NCBI RefSeq assembly: GCF_016432865.1
Contig: NC_067401.1
Location: forward strand, 190,030,001-190,094,000
Origin: Antechinus flavipes
Taxonomy: Eukaryota
DNA: 64,000 nt
Reading direction: 5' to 3'
The translations under genes were made by a program, and so were the position numbers. Within the stretch, counting starts at the first letter, position 1, and each line of letters begins with the position of its first letter. Positions 1-12,025 of the stretch are shown one piece after another. The notes under the pieces were generated by a model that made no database searches, was not told the DNA's origin, and saw only the letters and a list, made by a program, of their open reading frames with translations.

Positions 1-250
1 TCCAATTCTCCCTGTGCAACAAGAAAACTGTTTGGTTCTGCACACATATATTGTATCTAGGATATACTGCAACCCATTCAACATGTAAAGGACTCTTGCC
101 ATTTGGGGGAAGGGGTGGAGGGAGGGAGGGGAAAAATCGGAACAGAAATTAATGCAAGGGATAATGCTGTAAAAAATTACCCTGGCATGTGTTCTATCAA
201 TAAAAAATTATTTAAAAAAATAAATAAATAAATGATTCAAAAAAAAAACC
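1..250 (+). mobile_element. L1 3' UTR and A tail, running off the window start
   Basis: Near-identical to 52741-52968. Confidence 0.9.
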
Positions 251-1439
251 TGTCTCTTTATTTTTCCTCCATGTATACTATGCTGAAAATAACTTTATGT
301 CCTTAGTCCAAAAGTTATGCACAGGCTTGAAAGCCTTTGAATACAGCATAATGTTCTATGCACTACAATCTTTTGGCAGTTACAGGAAATGGTCAATGGA
401 TCTCTTCATATATGATAGCCCTAGGGACCACAAAGGGCTGAAGGGACACACCAGATAGGATACTATCCTCTTATCTCTAGTGGACAAACTAGTTGTTGGT
501 TTATTATTGTTGGTTTTCTCATCCCCATTAGGGGACTATATCATGCAGAGCTCCATGTCATCCACAGCCATGGAATTATGGTCTGTTATCTTGACCCTAT
601 TTCCTTCTTAGGAAACCCATCTCCCAATGAAAGCATTCTTGTATATACACTCCCCATGGCTTACATACTCTTCGACTTATTGTTTTTCCTGCCTCCCATT
701 CATCCCCCTTATGTCACCAGGCAAGTAGCAGCAGGTGGACTTAGGAACTTAAAAATGTTCTCAGGATTAGGGGTTTTATAGATGAGGGGTAGAGAAGGAA
801 AGGTGGCCTGAATGTTGAGGAATGAGACACCATAACAGCAAATTAATTTCTCCCTTTCCGAGTCTTCCTTCCTATAAAAGAAATTTTCTTTCCATTCTCC
901 TCCCCAACTCCATTTTATAGTTTGAGGCAGAGTACCTTCCCACAAGTAATATTAATAATATGAAAATTTATATAATGCTTATTACATGACAGGCATTATG
1001 CTAAGTAAGCACTTTACAATTAATATCTAATTTACCTCACAACAATGCTGGAATAGAATTATTATCCCTATTTTACAGATCAGGAAACTGAAGCAAAACA
1101 GATTAAATGACTTGTCCAGAGATACATAGGTAGTTGTTATCTGAGGCTACATTTGAAGTTAGGTCTATTCACTGTGCCACGTAGCACAACCAAGAACATG
1201 ACAAAACTTACTAAGAAGAAAGGAAGAAAGGGATCAGTCAGGTGAAGTTAGGATGGGGTCTGCTACCTCTTGCTGGAATAACCTATCACTGACCCTCCTT
1301 TTTCTTCTTCTTCTTATCCTTCTTATTATTATGAACATATGAGTGTTCATCAATACCAACAAAATAGTTGTCATGTTTATCAATACGAAAGTACTTGTCA
1401 AAACAGAGTAGTAAATAGCAGAAATTATCATACTAATGT

Positions 1440-2520
1440 ATTTACCTCAAGTATGTCCTTAATTCATTGTTAAGGAGTAAATAGTATAGTTAAAATTCCT
1501 TATTCCTGTCACATGAATTCTCCATCAAGATTATCCTAAATTTCTCTCCAGTATGTCTTTATAATTCATTGTTAGGGAGATGGTAAGCCAATAGTTTAAA
1601 CTGCTTGCCCTAACAGATAGCAGGTCTCAAGTAATACCTGAACAGGACTCTTGTTGTTCATGGGCTTATTCAGTACTGGTCCTCTACAACCTTCAACCTG
1701 TCCTGAATCACCAACTTGTATGGAAATGAGATGCTTTCATGGTACCAAAATCCTGTGTCTGGATCCCTTACTATTCCAAGGTCTTGAAGAGGTGTGAGAA
1801 TGGACTCAGAGGTAGACGCAGATTCATTGTGAAAAGAATTCATGAATCCCAGAAACTGTGGCAAAAAAGAAAGTTTTATTTTTCACTAAGAAAGAATTCT
1901 CTGTGGACAAACCCTTAATAAAATCAGGAGATTTGTAAGGAGTGTACCAACAGTTTTCAGTTTTATGGGGCTAGGGGCAATTTGAGTTGATTTATCAGAC
2001 CAAGATCGCCAATTGAATAAGCTACTAGGAGTGGGCCTGGACTAATTTTGTGTGTGTGTGTATTTCAAATGTATTCTTTTTTTTTTTTTTTTTAATAATT
2101 ATAACTTTTAATGGACAGAACCCATGCCAGGGTAATTTTTTACAACATTATCCCTTGCACTCACTTCTGTTCCAGTTTTTCCCCTCCCTCCCTTCTGCCC
2201 CTCCCCCAGATGGCAAGCAGTCCTATACATGTTAAATAGGTTACAGTATATCCTAGATACAATATATGTGTGCAGAACCGAACAGTTCTTTTGTTGCCCA
2301 GGAAGAATTGGATTCAGAAGGTAAAAATAAATCTGGACTAATTTTCAATTCAGTAGGGTTTAGCTGTTCAATAGAGGGTTTAGTTAATCAATAGAAGATG
2401 TTGCCATTCCCTACCAGGATAACAGAATAAATCTACTTATCTTGATTCCCTGGGGCGGTTCTCTCCCAGAGAAAAGCTCCTCAGTTTCCCTCCCATTGCC
2501 CCCCAAAATTCAAGGGGAAC
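1440..2520 (-). mobile_element. Probable older LTR sequence interrupted by an L1 3' fragment
   Basis: Internal ~100-bp-period repeat GTATGTC..AATTCATTGTTA.GGAG at 1451 and 1551, a minus-strand AATAAA, and a GGATAACAGAAT block shared with about 3845. Boundaries are uncertain. Confidence 0.4.
2050..2332 (-). mobile_element. L1 3' fragment with 13-bp TSD
   Basis: Poly-T tail and reverse-complement L1 3' UTR; CTGGACTAATTTT at 2037-2049 and 2333-2345. Confidence 0.9.
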
Positions 2521-3087
2521 AGTATTTGCATCAGTCTGATTTCCCATGACCAACAATGTTCCCAAGACTAAGAAGATCTTGAGGAAATTCAGGCTGACTT
2601 TGCTGGGGAATAATTCCCTCTGGCTAGAAGAGGCTAAGGAGGAGAATGCAGGATGATACTGGTGCACCGTGCTTGGCAATTATGTCAAGTACTAGAACTA
2701 GAGGGTATATGGTCTTTCTGTGATCAGAGGGGGTTTATGGAATTTCTTGGGGATAGGGAGAAGAGGGGGGATACAGGGAGTCAAAGGAGTATTAAAGGAA
2801 ATGGGGAGACCTCTAAGAAGAGGATAGAGAGAGAGTATTTGATTATGGGGCCCCATGCCAGGTTCTTCAGTCATCACAACCATCCATTTTACTGAGAACA
2901 ATGGGCTCTGAAGATGAAAAAAGCTAGACAAAAGTGACTGATTGTCTCAATTGTTCATGGTGGCTGCAAGGGTTTGGTGAACATGGATAATATTCTGACA
3001 CCTCTTCTTTTCCCCAAAGGCTCCCAACTATCAGCAAAGACTACTTGATACTGTTTGAGTGGTCTAGATTAGTGGCTGTAAGAGAAT

Positions 3088-3926
3088 TGTTAAAAATCCC
3101 CTTTAAATTCCCAATCCCTCTATTTTTGTCTACCTGCATTTTTGATCTCCTTCACAGGTTATTGTACACTATTTCAAAGTCCGGCTCTTTTTGTGCAGTA
3201 AAATAACTGTATGGGCATGTATACATATATTGTATTTGACTTATACTTTAACATATTTAACATGTATTGGTCAACCTGCCATCTGGGGAAGGGGATGGGG
3301 GAAGGAGGGAAAAAGTTGGAACAAAAGGTTTTGCAATTGTCAATGCTGTAAAATTACCCATGCATATATCTTATAAATTTAAAGATATATATATGTGTAT
3401 ATATATATATATATACACACACATATATATATATATATATAATCTCCTTTAAATCGGCTGCAGGTTTTCAGAGTGAAAGAATTCACTTATTCACGAAGTA
3501 TTAGTTGCAAAATGAAAGTTTATTGTTAGATAGAAATCAGCTTACCAAGAGACTGACTTCTATAGTAACAGATCTATGGAAAATGGAGTTTTGGTGCTGA
3601 GAGAATGCAGTTCTCAGTGGACAGAAGGTCCTGGCAGCAAAGGGAGCTACCAAGGTCCATCTGCAAAAGACCTTTGTTGAAGGAAGATATTATACTGGGT
3701 CTTAGTGGGGTTGGGATATCCCAAGTTGGCTCATCTACAAGCTGGATTTCAGCTTGAGCTGCAATTTGAATAGAACTGAATGAGTTTCTTTAATTGAAAA
3801 GGGTTGCAATGTTTTTAGCTCAGGACTGAACCAATCCCACCTAGATAACAGAATTAAGCTGTTTGTCTTGTTTCCCTCAGGCCGGATTCCTTATTGAGGC
3901 AGAATTGAAGGAGATTTTCTCCTTCA
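3088..3926 (-). mobile_element. LTR-like element interrupted by an L1 3' fragment (3110-3440)
   Basis: Minus-strand poly(A) signal (AAGTTTATT on plus) and similarity to the 50261 and ~2400 LTR sequences. The L1 insert is flanked by AATC(C/T)CCTTTAAAT repeats. Boundaries are approximate. Confidence 0.55.
3385..3441. repeat. (TA)n microsatellite (others: (TA)n ~18178-18197, (CA)n ~33971-33992, (TG)n ~40171-40194 and ~40247-40263)
   Basis: Read directly from the sequence. Confidence 0.9.
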
Positions 3927-4699
3927 AAGAGTTTTAGCGTTTTGGGGTCCCTTCTTCATACCTCTGAGAGAGAGGTTCTCTCTGCTCAATCCTGATGTGT
4001 TCAGTGGTCTCAACAGTGTTCCTGGACCTCATGGTTTGACGGAAAGGAAAGGGGAAAGTGAAGGGTAGGGTAGAAACTTTCATGGGAAAGGATGTTTCCC
4101 TTCCCATAGTGTGTTTTGTGGAGGAAACCTCAGAGTTCCATATCCAAAAGGTCAGGGAAATCCGTTGTATTTTCCCCCAGAATAAGAGCATCAGTTTCAA
4201 CCTGACAGGTGAATTTGGGGAATAAAAATAATATCACATTTGTATAGTTCTTCAACTTTGAGGAAAAAAAACACTTTCTTTTCAGTAACCTTGTATAGTA
4301 GGTAGTAAATTAGAATTATGTTATTACTACTATTATTATCATAAAATAACCCATTTTAGAGTAGGAAGTGAAATTGTGACTCTGATCAAGTGATTTAAAC
4401 TCTCAGAGTCTGTTTATTCATCAGTGAAATATGGATAGTAATACCTGTAGTTCTTATCTTTCAAGGTCAGTGTAAGTCAATCCCATTGCAAACCTTAAAG
4501 CACTATTATAAATTTGAATTGTAATAATAACACATACAGGAGGGAGGATAATAAAACTCAAGTACTTTTGGTGGAATGATTAGTAATCTAAAATGATCAA
4601 ATACAATGCTTTTTTGATAGAGGAAGAGAAAGGAGAGAAAATAACACATGCAAAAGAAATTTCTGATAGAATTGCTATTAAAGAAAAGGTAATGGATGG

Positions 4700-4848
4700 G
4701 GGCAGCTAGATGGTACAGTGGATAGAGCATTAACCCTGGAAGCAGGAGGACTTGATTTCAAATCCAGCCTCAGAAACTTAACACTTCTTAGCTGTGTGAC
4801 TATAGGTGAGTCATAACCCCAAATGACTTACAAAAGGAAAAAAAAAAT
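4700..4848 (+). mobile_element. tRNA-derived CORE-SINE (marsupial Mar1/SINE1 type)
   Basis: GGGGCAGCTAG.TGG..CAGTGGATAGAGCA head, B-box-like TTCAAATC, CORE GCTGTGTGAC and an A tail. Confidence 0.85.
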
Positions 4849-5199
4849 TAAGAAAGGACATCTGTGCACTGATATTAGAGAACTACCAGGAAGCTAGAGA
4901 TTCGGTAACTGGAATGTTCCCCTCCTAAGATTAATCAAGGGCGCATTTAATTTTGAAATCATGAAAAAACATAAGGTCCTGTCACATTTGCTGGGGCACT
5001 GTGAACCTTACACAAGATTGAGTCTCCAGAAAATAACAACATGCTTCAGAGAATTAGATCATAGAAAACAGAAACCAGAGTTGGTCACAGAACAATGCTT
5101 TTCATAATAACCTATGGTTTTAAAATAGATAAGCAGCATGATTTCCCTTACTAAATGGCTCTGTTGAATTATCAACAATTCTGTTTCCTTATTTCCAAC

Positions 5200-5325
5200 T
5201 GCCACTAGACTATTTGTGTTGTTCTGGTCACAACAAATGGCTCCCAACATGGAGCCCTGGTCTTGTCAGGCCCTGATCATATCAGGGACTGATAGTGTCA
5301 AGCAGCCCACAAGGGAAGCAGAGAC
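5200..5325 (-). pseudogene. Second degenerate LU-domain exon
   Basis: The acceptor ttctccttcag followed by a phase-1 reading gives GLCFPCGLLDTISP*: a C-x2-C-x8 pattern with TGA where the third Cys is expected. It is followed by frameshifted GAIC/CVTRTTQ-like sequence. Confidence 0.35.
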
Positions 5326-5383
5326 CTGAAGGAGAATGATACTGAAGATGGTCTTCTAGTGATTGGTACCGCCTGGGTAGCTG

Positions 5384-5923
5384 TGTTATGCCACAGTTTT
5401 CTTTAACTGTCCTGACTCAGTTTCCCTGTCTCAGTTACCTTAACTGTTCTGTCTCTGACCCAGTAAAACTAAGGATTATTCGCTCTCGGGTTATGAATTA
5501 GCAAGATAAAAGAGAGATCTCCTGACTCTTTTAGGGATTTACAATATCCCTTAAAATATTCCAAGATTAACCCATGATATCTTTACTTCTTTGTCTCTGG
5601 AATTTTTAGGTTTTATGGCTTCCCCTCCCTGATAAAAAAACTTTCCCTCCCTTTCTCTTCTTTGTCTCCAAAAAGGTATTTAAGAAGTTGGGGTTCCTTC
5701 ATTCATTGCTGGAGAATGGCGTCTGGCAGCTGTATGCTGGACGCTGGATTCTTTGGGTCCTCCAGCCCTGGGACCAATATGGATTCCTTGGTCCCAGTAT
5801 ACTTATCTCTGTCTGACTGGATAATCTGAGATGAGAGTCCTGTCCAGTCAATCTTACTCTCCCATTAATAAAATATTAAAAACTCTCTAATCTCTCTCCT
5901 GCCTCAGTTTCTCTGACATTACA
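5384..5923 (+). mobile_element. LTR, family A copy 1
   Basis: TGTTATG...ATTACA termini, TATA-like GTATTTAAGA and AATAAA near the 3' end; near-identical to the reverse-oriented copy at 7509-8045. No TSD is visible, and it is followed by AT-TGGAGG. Confidence 0.9.
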
Positions 5924-6033
5924 ATTGGAGGACAAAAGGCCTTGGTAAAAGTAAGGGAAAGCTCCAGTAGGGCTGATCTTCATCCCTGCTCACTTTTACT
6001 TTCATTTTTCAGGGCAAAAGGAGACATATAACA

Positions 6034-7170
6034 ATGGAAGAGCAAATAGTTAAAGGACTGAAAGATGAAGGGAAAGATCTTAAATTTTTACAGTTAATCA
6101 TGTTAAAATAGTGAGTAAGGGCTAAGAAAAATAAGTTAAGAGCATTTCTTCAGGATGTTTACAACAATGCCTCTGGTTCCCCAGTGGTCCCCAAATCACT
6201 ATCAGTGAATGGGAAGTCTCCAGAGAAATTTTATACAAAGCATGCAAAGAAAAAGGTCCTCAGGCAATCTCTGCTGATACCCTTGTTGAGGTGTGAGAAA
6301 TGAGGATTGAGAGATCCCCTGACAGCAATGGGATCCCCTGGCTGGTTGCACAGGCTTTGCAAAAAAAATTCGCAAACCCCAATTACACTAAGAAAATAGC
6401 TTTCTTAGCGGGCCAGTTCCTGTTAGGATTTTTGCAAAGATGAATTTACACTGAGAAGCAACTCAGTGGGCATTCCTAATTAGGAATTAGCAGAGATGGA
6501 TTGACAGGCCTTCCTTTAAATCGGGTTTGTTTTGGCCTGGAGCTGGGGGACCTTTCCATAGAGGGTCGTGCCCCTGGCCAAGATCTCCAATCGAATAAGA
6601 GATTACTATCTGGGAGTTTTCCCTATGAACAGAAGGGTGGGGTCCCTCCCAGAGGCCTGGAGGGTTTGAGACTCAGCACCACCCTTCCCCCAAAGATTAA
6701 AGAGGCCTTTCCAATCCTTCCTCCCCAAGATTAAAGGGGACACAGTTTACATCATCCTCTCTTTGTATAATATTGTAAAAATTTGCTTATTAAAATCAGA
6801 AGTAGAAGGTAAGAATAGAACTTTGAAAGTCATTCTTGATAAGCAAAAGGGTGGGGGGGAGAATCCCCCCAAGGACAGACTTACTAAAGCACTATAAACC
6901 ATTAATTACCTCACCTTGAATAACATGTCCCATACCCCAGCTGACTTAATTTTTTCTTTACTACATCATTCTTCCTCAAACAAAGAGGAACAGAAAAGGT
7001 TAAGGGGCCAGCTCTGCAGCCTGATCCTTCCCACGATATGTGATGTGCAAGGATGTCAATGGGCGGTGGAAGGGCCCTGATAAGATAATAATTCGGGGTT
7101 GAGGTTTTCTTTTTATTTCCATAGATGAAGGAGACACATGGATCCCAGAAAGATGTAGTTGCCCTATCCA
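6034..7170 (+). mobile_element. Highly deleted betaretrovirus-like internal remnant (gag matrix plus integrase C-terminus)
   Basis: Matrix-like M-EQIVKG..VRAKKNKLRAFLQDV..CLWFPSG..EW at 6034-6260. Integrase VEGKNRTLKVILDKQKGGG, RLTKAL*TINYL and YVMCKDVNGRWKGPD..GFLFIS..WIPER at 6802-7160. All with stops and frameshifts. Confidence 0.8.
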
Positions 7171-7381
7171 AATTCATCCAGAGCATGAAGATAAAAGAAA
7201 AGACTTGCCTATGGGGAATCGAGCAGCATGGCTCCAGCAAATGGCCCTAGTGGTAGCACAACTTAAATTGGGAGAAGGAAAAACCAAGACCTTCTGGAGA
7301 ATTATACAAAGCCCTCCTTGGGTGAGAATTTGGATGGGGAGAATACATTCCTGAAATTCTATTGCATGGTAATGGATCTGA

Positions 7382-8305
7382 TGTAATAGGATTCTTTGGT
7401 CCCCTGATTTTTAGGGGCCTGAGTCAGGAAACCCTCAATCTTCTGGCTTGAAGTCTGTCTTAGGAAACTCTGGATTTCTGACCACTCCTTAGCCAAGATA
7501 CCTTCTAGTGTAATGCCGGAGAAACTGAGGCAGGAGAGAGATTAGAGAGTTTTTAATATTTTATTAATGGGAGAATAAGATTGACTGGACAGGACTCTCG
7601 TCTCAGATTATCCAGTCAGACAGAGATAAGTATACTAGGACCAAGGAATCCATATTGGTCCCAGGGCTGGAGGACCCAAAGAATCCAGCGCCCAGCATAC
7701 AGCTGCCAGATGCCATTCTCCAGCAATGAATGAAGGAACCCCAACTTCTTAAATACCTTTTTGGAGACAAAGAAGAGAAAGGGAGGGAAAGTTTTTTTTA
7801 TCAGGGAGGGGAAGCCATAAAAATTCCAGAGACAAAGAAGTAAAGATATCATGGGTTAATCTTGGAATATTCTAAAGGAATATTGTAAATCCCATAAAAG
7901 AATCAGGAGATCTACTCTTTTATCTTGCTAATTTATAACCCAAGAGCGAATAATCCTTAGTTTTACTAGGTCAGAGACAGAACAGTTAAGGAAACTGAGA
8001 CAGGGAAACTGAGTCAGGACAGTTAAAGAAAACTGTGGCATAACACTAGCCTCAGAAAACTCCTATGCTAATCAAATTTCAGAAACCACCCTTAATTCAT
8101 CTGTAGATTAATCCTTAGTCTCAGATCATAGAATCAACTTGTACTCTTTAGTCTTAAGCTATAGAAGACTAGATAAAGCTGTTCTCTGACTAGCCCATTG
8201 AGAATTCTCAGTGTCAATAAACCCTTTTTTGCCAACTTAACTTGGAGACTGGGACTGTAAATTCTTTCACAATACCTGTGACAGCGACCTGGGAAACCCC
8301 AAACA
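7382..8305 (+). mobile_element. LTR, family B, interrupted by LTR A2
   Basis: Shares GGTCCCCTGATTTTAGGGG, GCCTCAG(A/G)AAACTCC and the AATAAAC..GCAAATTCTTT..GTGAC..ACCCCAAAC 3' block with 15570-16064. The two halves rejoin across the CTAG duplication. Confidence 0.75.
7509..8045 (-). mobile_element. Solo LTR, family A copy 2, 4-bp TSD CTAG
   Basis: Reverse complement of 5384-5923; CTAG at 7505-7508 and at 8046-8049. Confidence 0.93.
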
Positions 8306-10517
8306 TTGTTAGGATGTCTCATCTCTCAATAGAACTCAATATTTAATTAAGGAATTTGGTATTAATGAGCATGGAAAGGAATCAAATAGTTCAGTAATTG
8401 ATTTTAATTTTACTGGACTTACCATAGATCCTCCCCTGTATTGCTATAAATGTTAGCTTTGACAGCTGTAGTCTGAGATAACCTACTCATTTTTATTATA
8501 AATATGACCCTTTTCACAGGCTTTAGGCTAGTAGGAAGGTTGCAATCCTCTAATTGTGTAAAAAAGGCTTTAAATCTGTGGTGCCACAGAGCATAAAACA
8601 TTTCCTCAATCTAACAACTACTGTTATGGGTATATTGGGACAGAACTGTGAAACAACAGTTTCCCAATTGGGGAATTCACATCCCTGTCTGGATCAGGAC
8701 TTAAGAGAATCTGAAGAACACAGTAGAAGTCCCTGCCTCTAAAATCTATGATTTCTAATGGTAGGAGAGTGTGGGCAATAAAAAGAGAACAGAAATACAG
8801 TTTGGGGGTAGGGTGGAGTGTGATCCTTCTGCCACTTTTTTAAACACCTCCACAAATGATTCTCATTTCAAACCAGAAACCCAGGTTTATGAAAACATCC
8901 ATTTAGCTATCACCAGGTAAAGAAGGAACTAAAAGACCAGGTCCCTGAATCCTTAATATAGTGTGGTGAGAGGAAGGCTAAGATCCTGGGTATTTAAAGA
9001 GATGGGGAGTATGTTAATGGTCTGTTTCTCTACTTTCTTACCCATCTTCTCCCTTTCCTATTTCTCAGCCCACATGCCCCCAGACCCATGTAATCTTGAT
9101 AATGTCAGATGGAAGGATAATGGAACCACAGGTCTCCTGGAAATCCAGGATGAAAAGAAGCTCCTGTTACCTCATCAAAAACATGGGGACTTGAAAGATG
9201 TACTACCACTGTTCCTCTTGTCTCCTCTGGGGAGAGCAGGGAAAGGGAAGAAAAGGGAAAGGATATTTCACAAATGAAATGATGTTGTCATCTATCTCCT
9301 AGTGTATACCCAAGCTAGTTTCAACATGTTGGGGAATGCTGTGGTCAACTAGGGTGAAGGTGTGGAGCAAACTGCTGAAGGAATGAGGTAATAATTAAAG
9401 GTAGAGAAAAAAGAGACTAATAAACAAAGAAAAATAAGACCAAGGAAAGGAGGGGGACCTAGAAGAAAAAAGTGAGAGGACAAAGAGAAGGAATGAAGGT
9501 CAGTGAGAAAAAAAACTAATAAAAATATTGAAAAACAAAAATCTAAATATGGACCCAGCCCCCATCTTCTTAAAAGTGAGTCATGAAAGGAATCAAAAGG
9601 ATTTGGTAGTCTGGCATTACATAGCTAGAGAGAATTGTCATTTTCCTAAAAGGATGAATGAATTCAGGCCACAGAGAGCTTCAGGGAGCAAAAGTCCACC
9701 AGTCTTTTTCATAAATTCACCCACACACACACCTACATCCACACACACACACATATTCTTCACTTTATTTTCCTAGAAAGAAATGTCCAAACCACAATTC
9801 CCAGAAAGGGTATTATCCATACCACTCTCCATTTCCCATGAGTGCTCTTTGTGTGTCTCCACCCTATTTGTCTCCATATCTCCTGAGAGTGACCATCTTA
9901 GAGTAATTGTGGGTCCAAGGATTAGATGTTATGGTCATTTTCTTAAACATTTAGACTAAAGGGAACATTTTATCCCTTTCCTCCTAGGACTTTAAAGGTT
10001 GGTTAACATTTGGCTACTTGCCAGTGTTTAGATTAAACCCAGTCTCTTAAGCCATAATTGCCTCTCTTTCCACAGCCAACTCTCTCATACCTCTTCCCCC
10101 AAGCCCCCTTTTTTTCCTGCAACAGAGAAATTTAAACGGGAGTTTATGGTAGGATGAGGAAAGTGTGACACCAACTTTCTTTATCTCCTGATGACCCCTA
10201 GAAAAGAAGGAACATGCAAAAAAGTGAAACTTTACCTCTGTCACGTTCTTGCCCCTTGGAAAAGTTTTGTTGTTGCTATGACTTACTAAGAAGAGGGGAG
10301 GAAGATACTGATTGAGTCTTGGTTTCATCTGTTGAATCCACAGTTCAGAGTAGGAGTTCTCAAGTTTTGGGGGGTTCCTGTACACCCTGGCTTTTAGTAA
10401 AATTCCATATCCTTATTCAATGGAAAACTCTAAATAAATAAAATAAATTCTGGAGTTTACCATGCATGTATACAGGAGTAACAAAGTAGAATATTTTCAA
10501 TTATATGATATAGTTAC

Positions 10518-11367
10518 GACTGGAAAAGATAGTGATGAATGTTGGAGGGGATGCAGGAAAACTGGGACACTGATGCATTGTTGGTGGAGTTGTGAATGGA
10601 TCCAGCCATTCTAGAGAGCAATTTGGGACTATGCTCAAAAAGTTATCAGACTGTGCATACCCTTTGATCCAGCAGTGCTACTACTGGGCTTATATCCCAA
10701 AGAAATACTAAAGAAGGGAAAGGGACCTGTATGTGCCAAAATGTTTGTGGCAGCCCTGTTTGTAGTGGCTAGAAACTGGAAATTGAATGGATGCCCATTA
10801 ATTGGAGAATGGTTGAGTAAATTATAGTATATGAACGTTATGGAATATTATTGTTCTGTAAGAAATGACCAGCAGGTCATTTGAATACAGAGGGGTCTGG
10901 AAAGACTTACATGAACTGATGCTAAGTGAAATGAGCAGAACCAGGAGATCATTATACACTTCAACAACGATACTGTATAATGTATTCTGATGGAAGTGGA
11001 TATCTTCGACAAAGAGAAGATCTAACTCAGTTCCAATTGATCAATGATGGACAGAATCAGCTACACCCAGAGAAGGAACATGGAAATGAATGTGGATTGT
11101 TTGCATTTTTGTTTTTCTTCCCAGGTTATTTTTACTTTCTGAATCCAATTTTTTTTTTTTTTTGCAACAAGAGAACTGTTCGGTTCTGCACACATATATT
11201 GTATCCAAGATATACTATAATATATTTAACATGTATGAGATTATCTCCCATCTGGGGGAGGAGGTGGTGGGAGGAAAGGGAAAAGTCAAAACAGAAGTGA
11301 GTGCAAGGGATAATGTTATAAAAATTACTCAGGCGTATATTCTGTTAATAAAAAGCTATTATAAAAA
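10518..11367 (+). mobile_element. 5'-truncated L1: ORF2 C-terminus plus 3' UTR, 15-bp TSD
   Basis: CWRGCRKTGTLMHCWWSC (L1 cysteine-rich motif)..YPKE..MFVAALF..CP..W; G-rich 3' UTR with AATAAA and an A tail. TSD ATATGATAT(A/T)GTTAC at 10503-10517 and 11368-11382. Confidence 0.95.
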
Positions 11368-11873
11368 ATATGATATTGTTACCTATCGATATTCCCCATA
11401 CTCTTTTACAAGCTTCTCCTACCTCTCTGGGGGTATGCATACTTCAGGTTGGGAACCACAGTTTTAGAGTCTCTATTCATCACCCTGCCTTCATCCCAGC
11501 TACCCCAATCTCTAGCTATCTGATCCCAGAGGATATTACTAGTAGAATGTGGTCAAAATCTTTGGGGTTGGAAAAGTTGGGGAGGAACTGGATTGTGTTA
11601 TCTCCCTTTCCTCAATATATTAGCATCCTTGGAGAAATTTGTTTCTTTTTTCTGAGAATTCTGCTGGCTGCTCCAGATCCAGAAATCATTTGCCTTTCTG
11701 GAAGCTTCCTTAGGGTTTTATGAGCTGTTTTCAAGCCTGCACTCCTTCCCCCTTTTTTCTATAGTTCAAATCCTCCCACCACAACCCCCACCCCTCATTC
11801 CTAGGCTCTACCTAAATCTATTAACCAAATGGATTAAGGAGGTGATTAAAATATCTTTAAGAGTATCTATAGG

Positions 11874-12025
11874 GGCAGCTAGGTGGTGAAGTGGATAGAG
11901 CACCAGCCCTGAAATCAGGAGGACCTGAGTTCAAATATGACCTCAGACACTTAACACTTTCTGTGTGACCCTGGGGAAGTCATTTAACCTCAATTGCCTC
12001 AGCGCCCCCACCCCCCCAAAAAAAG
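11874..12025 (+). mobile_element. CORE-SINE
   Basis: Same head, GAGTTCAAAT B box and CORE segment as 4700. Confidence 0.88.

Noticed and set aside
2950-2990. CSPNPC as an EGF-like module
   Set aside because: The remaining EGF cysteines and glycines are absent; it is kept only as a weak LU-tail candidate.
5384-8045. A1 and A2 as the paired LTRs of one provirus
   Set aside because: They are in opposite orientation, and A2 has its own CTAG TSD inside another LTR.
8423-8620. 198-nt AG/GTAAGT-bounded segment starting RKCFMLC as another LY6 exon
   Set aside because: It has six in-frame stops, is too long for an LU exon 2, and the Cys spacing needs several frameshifts.
9165-9232. Minus-strand AG/GT-bounded mini-exon ETRGTVVVHLSSPHVFDE
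   Set aside because: No homology recognised and no partner exons in compatible phase.
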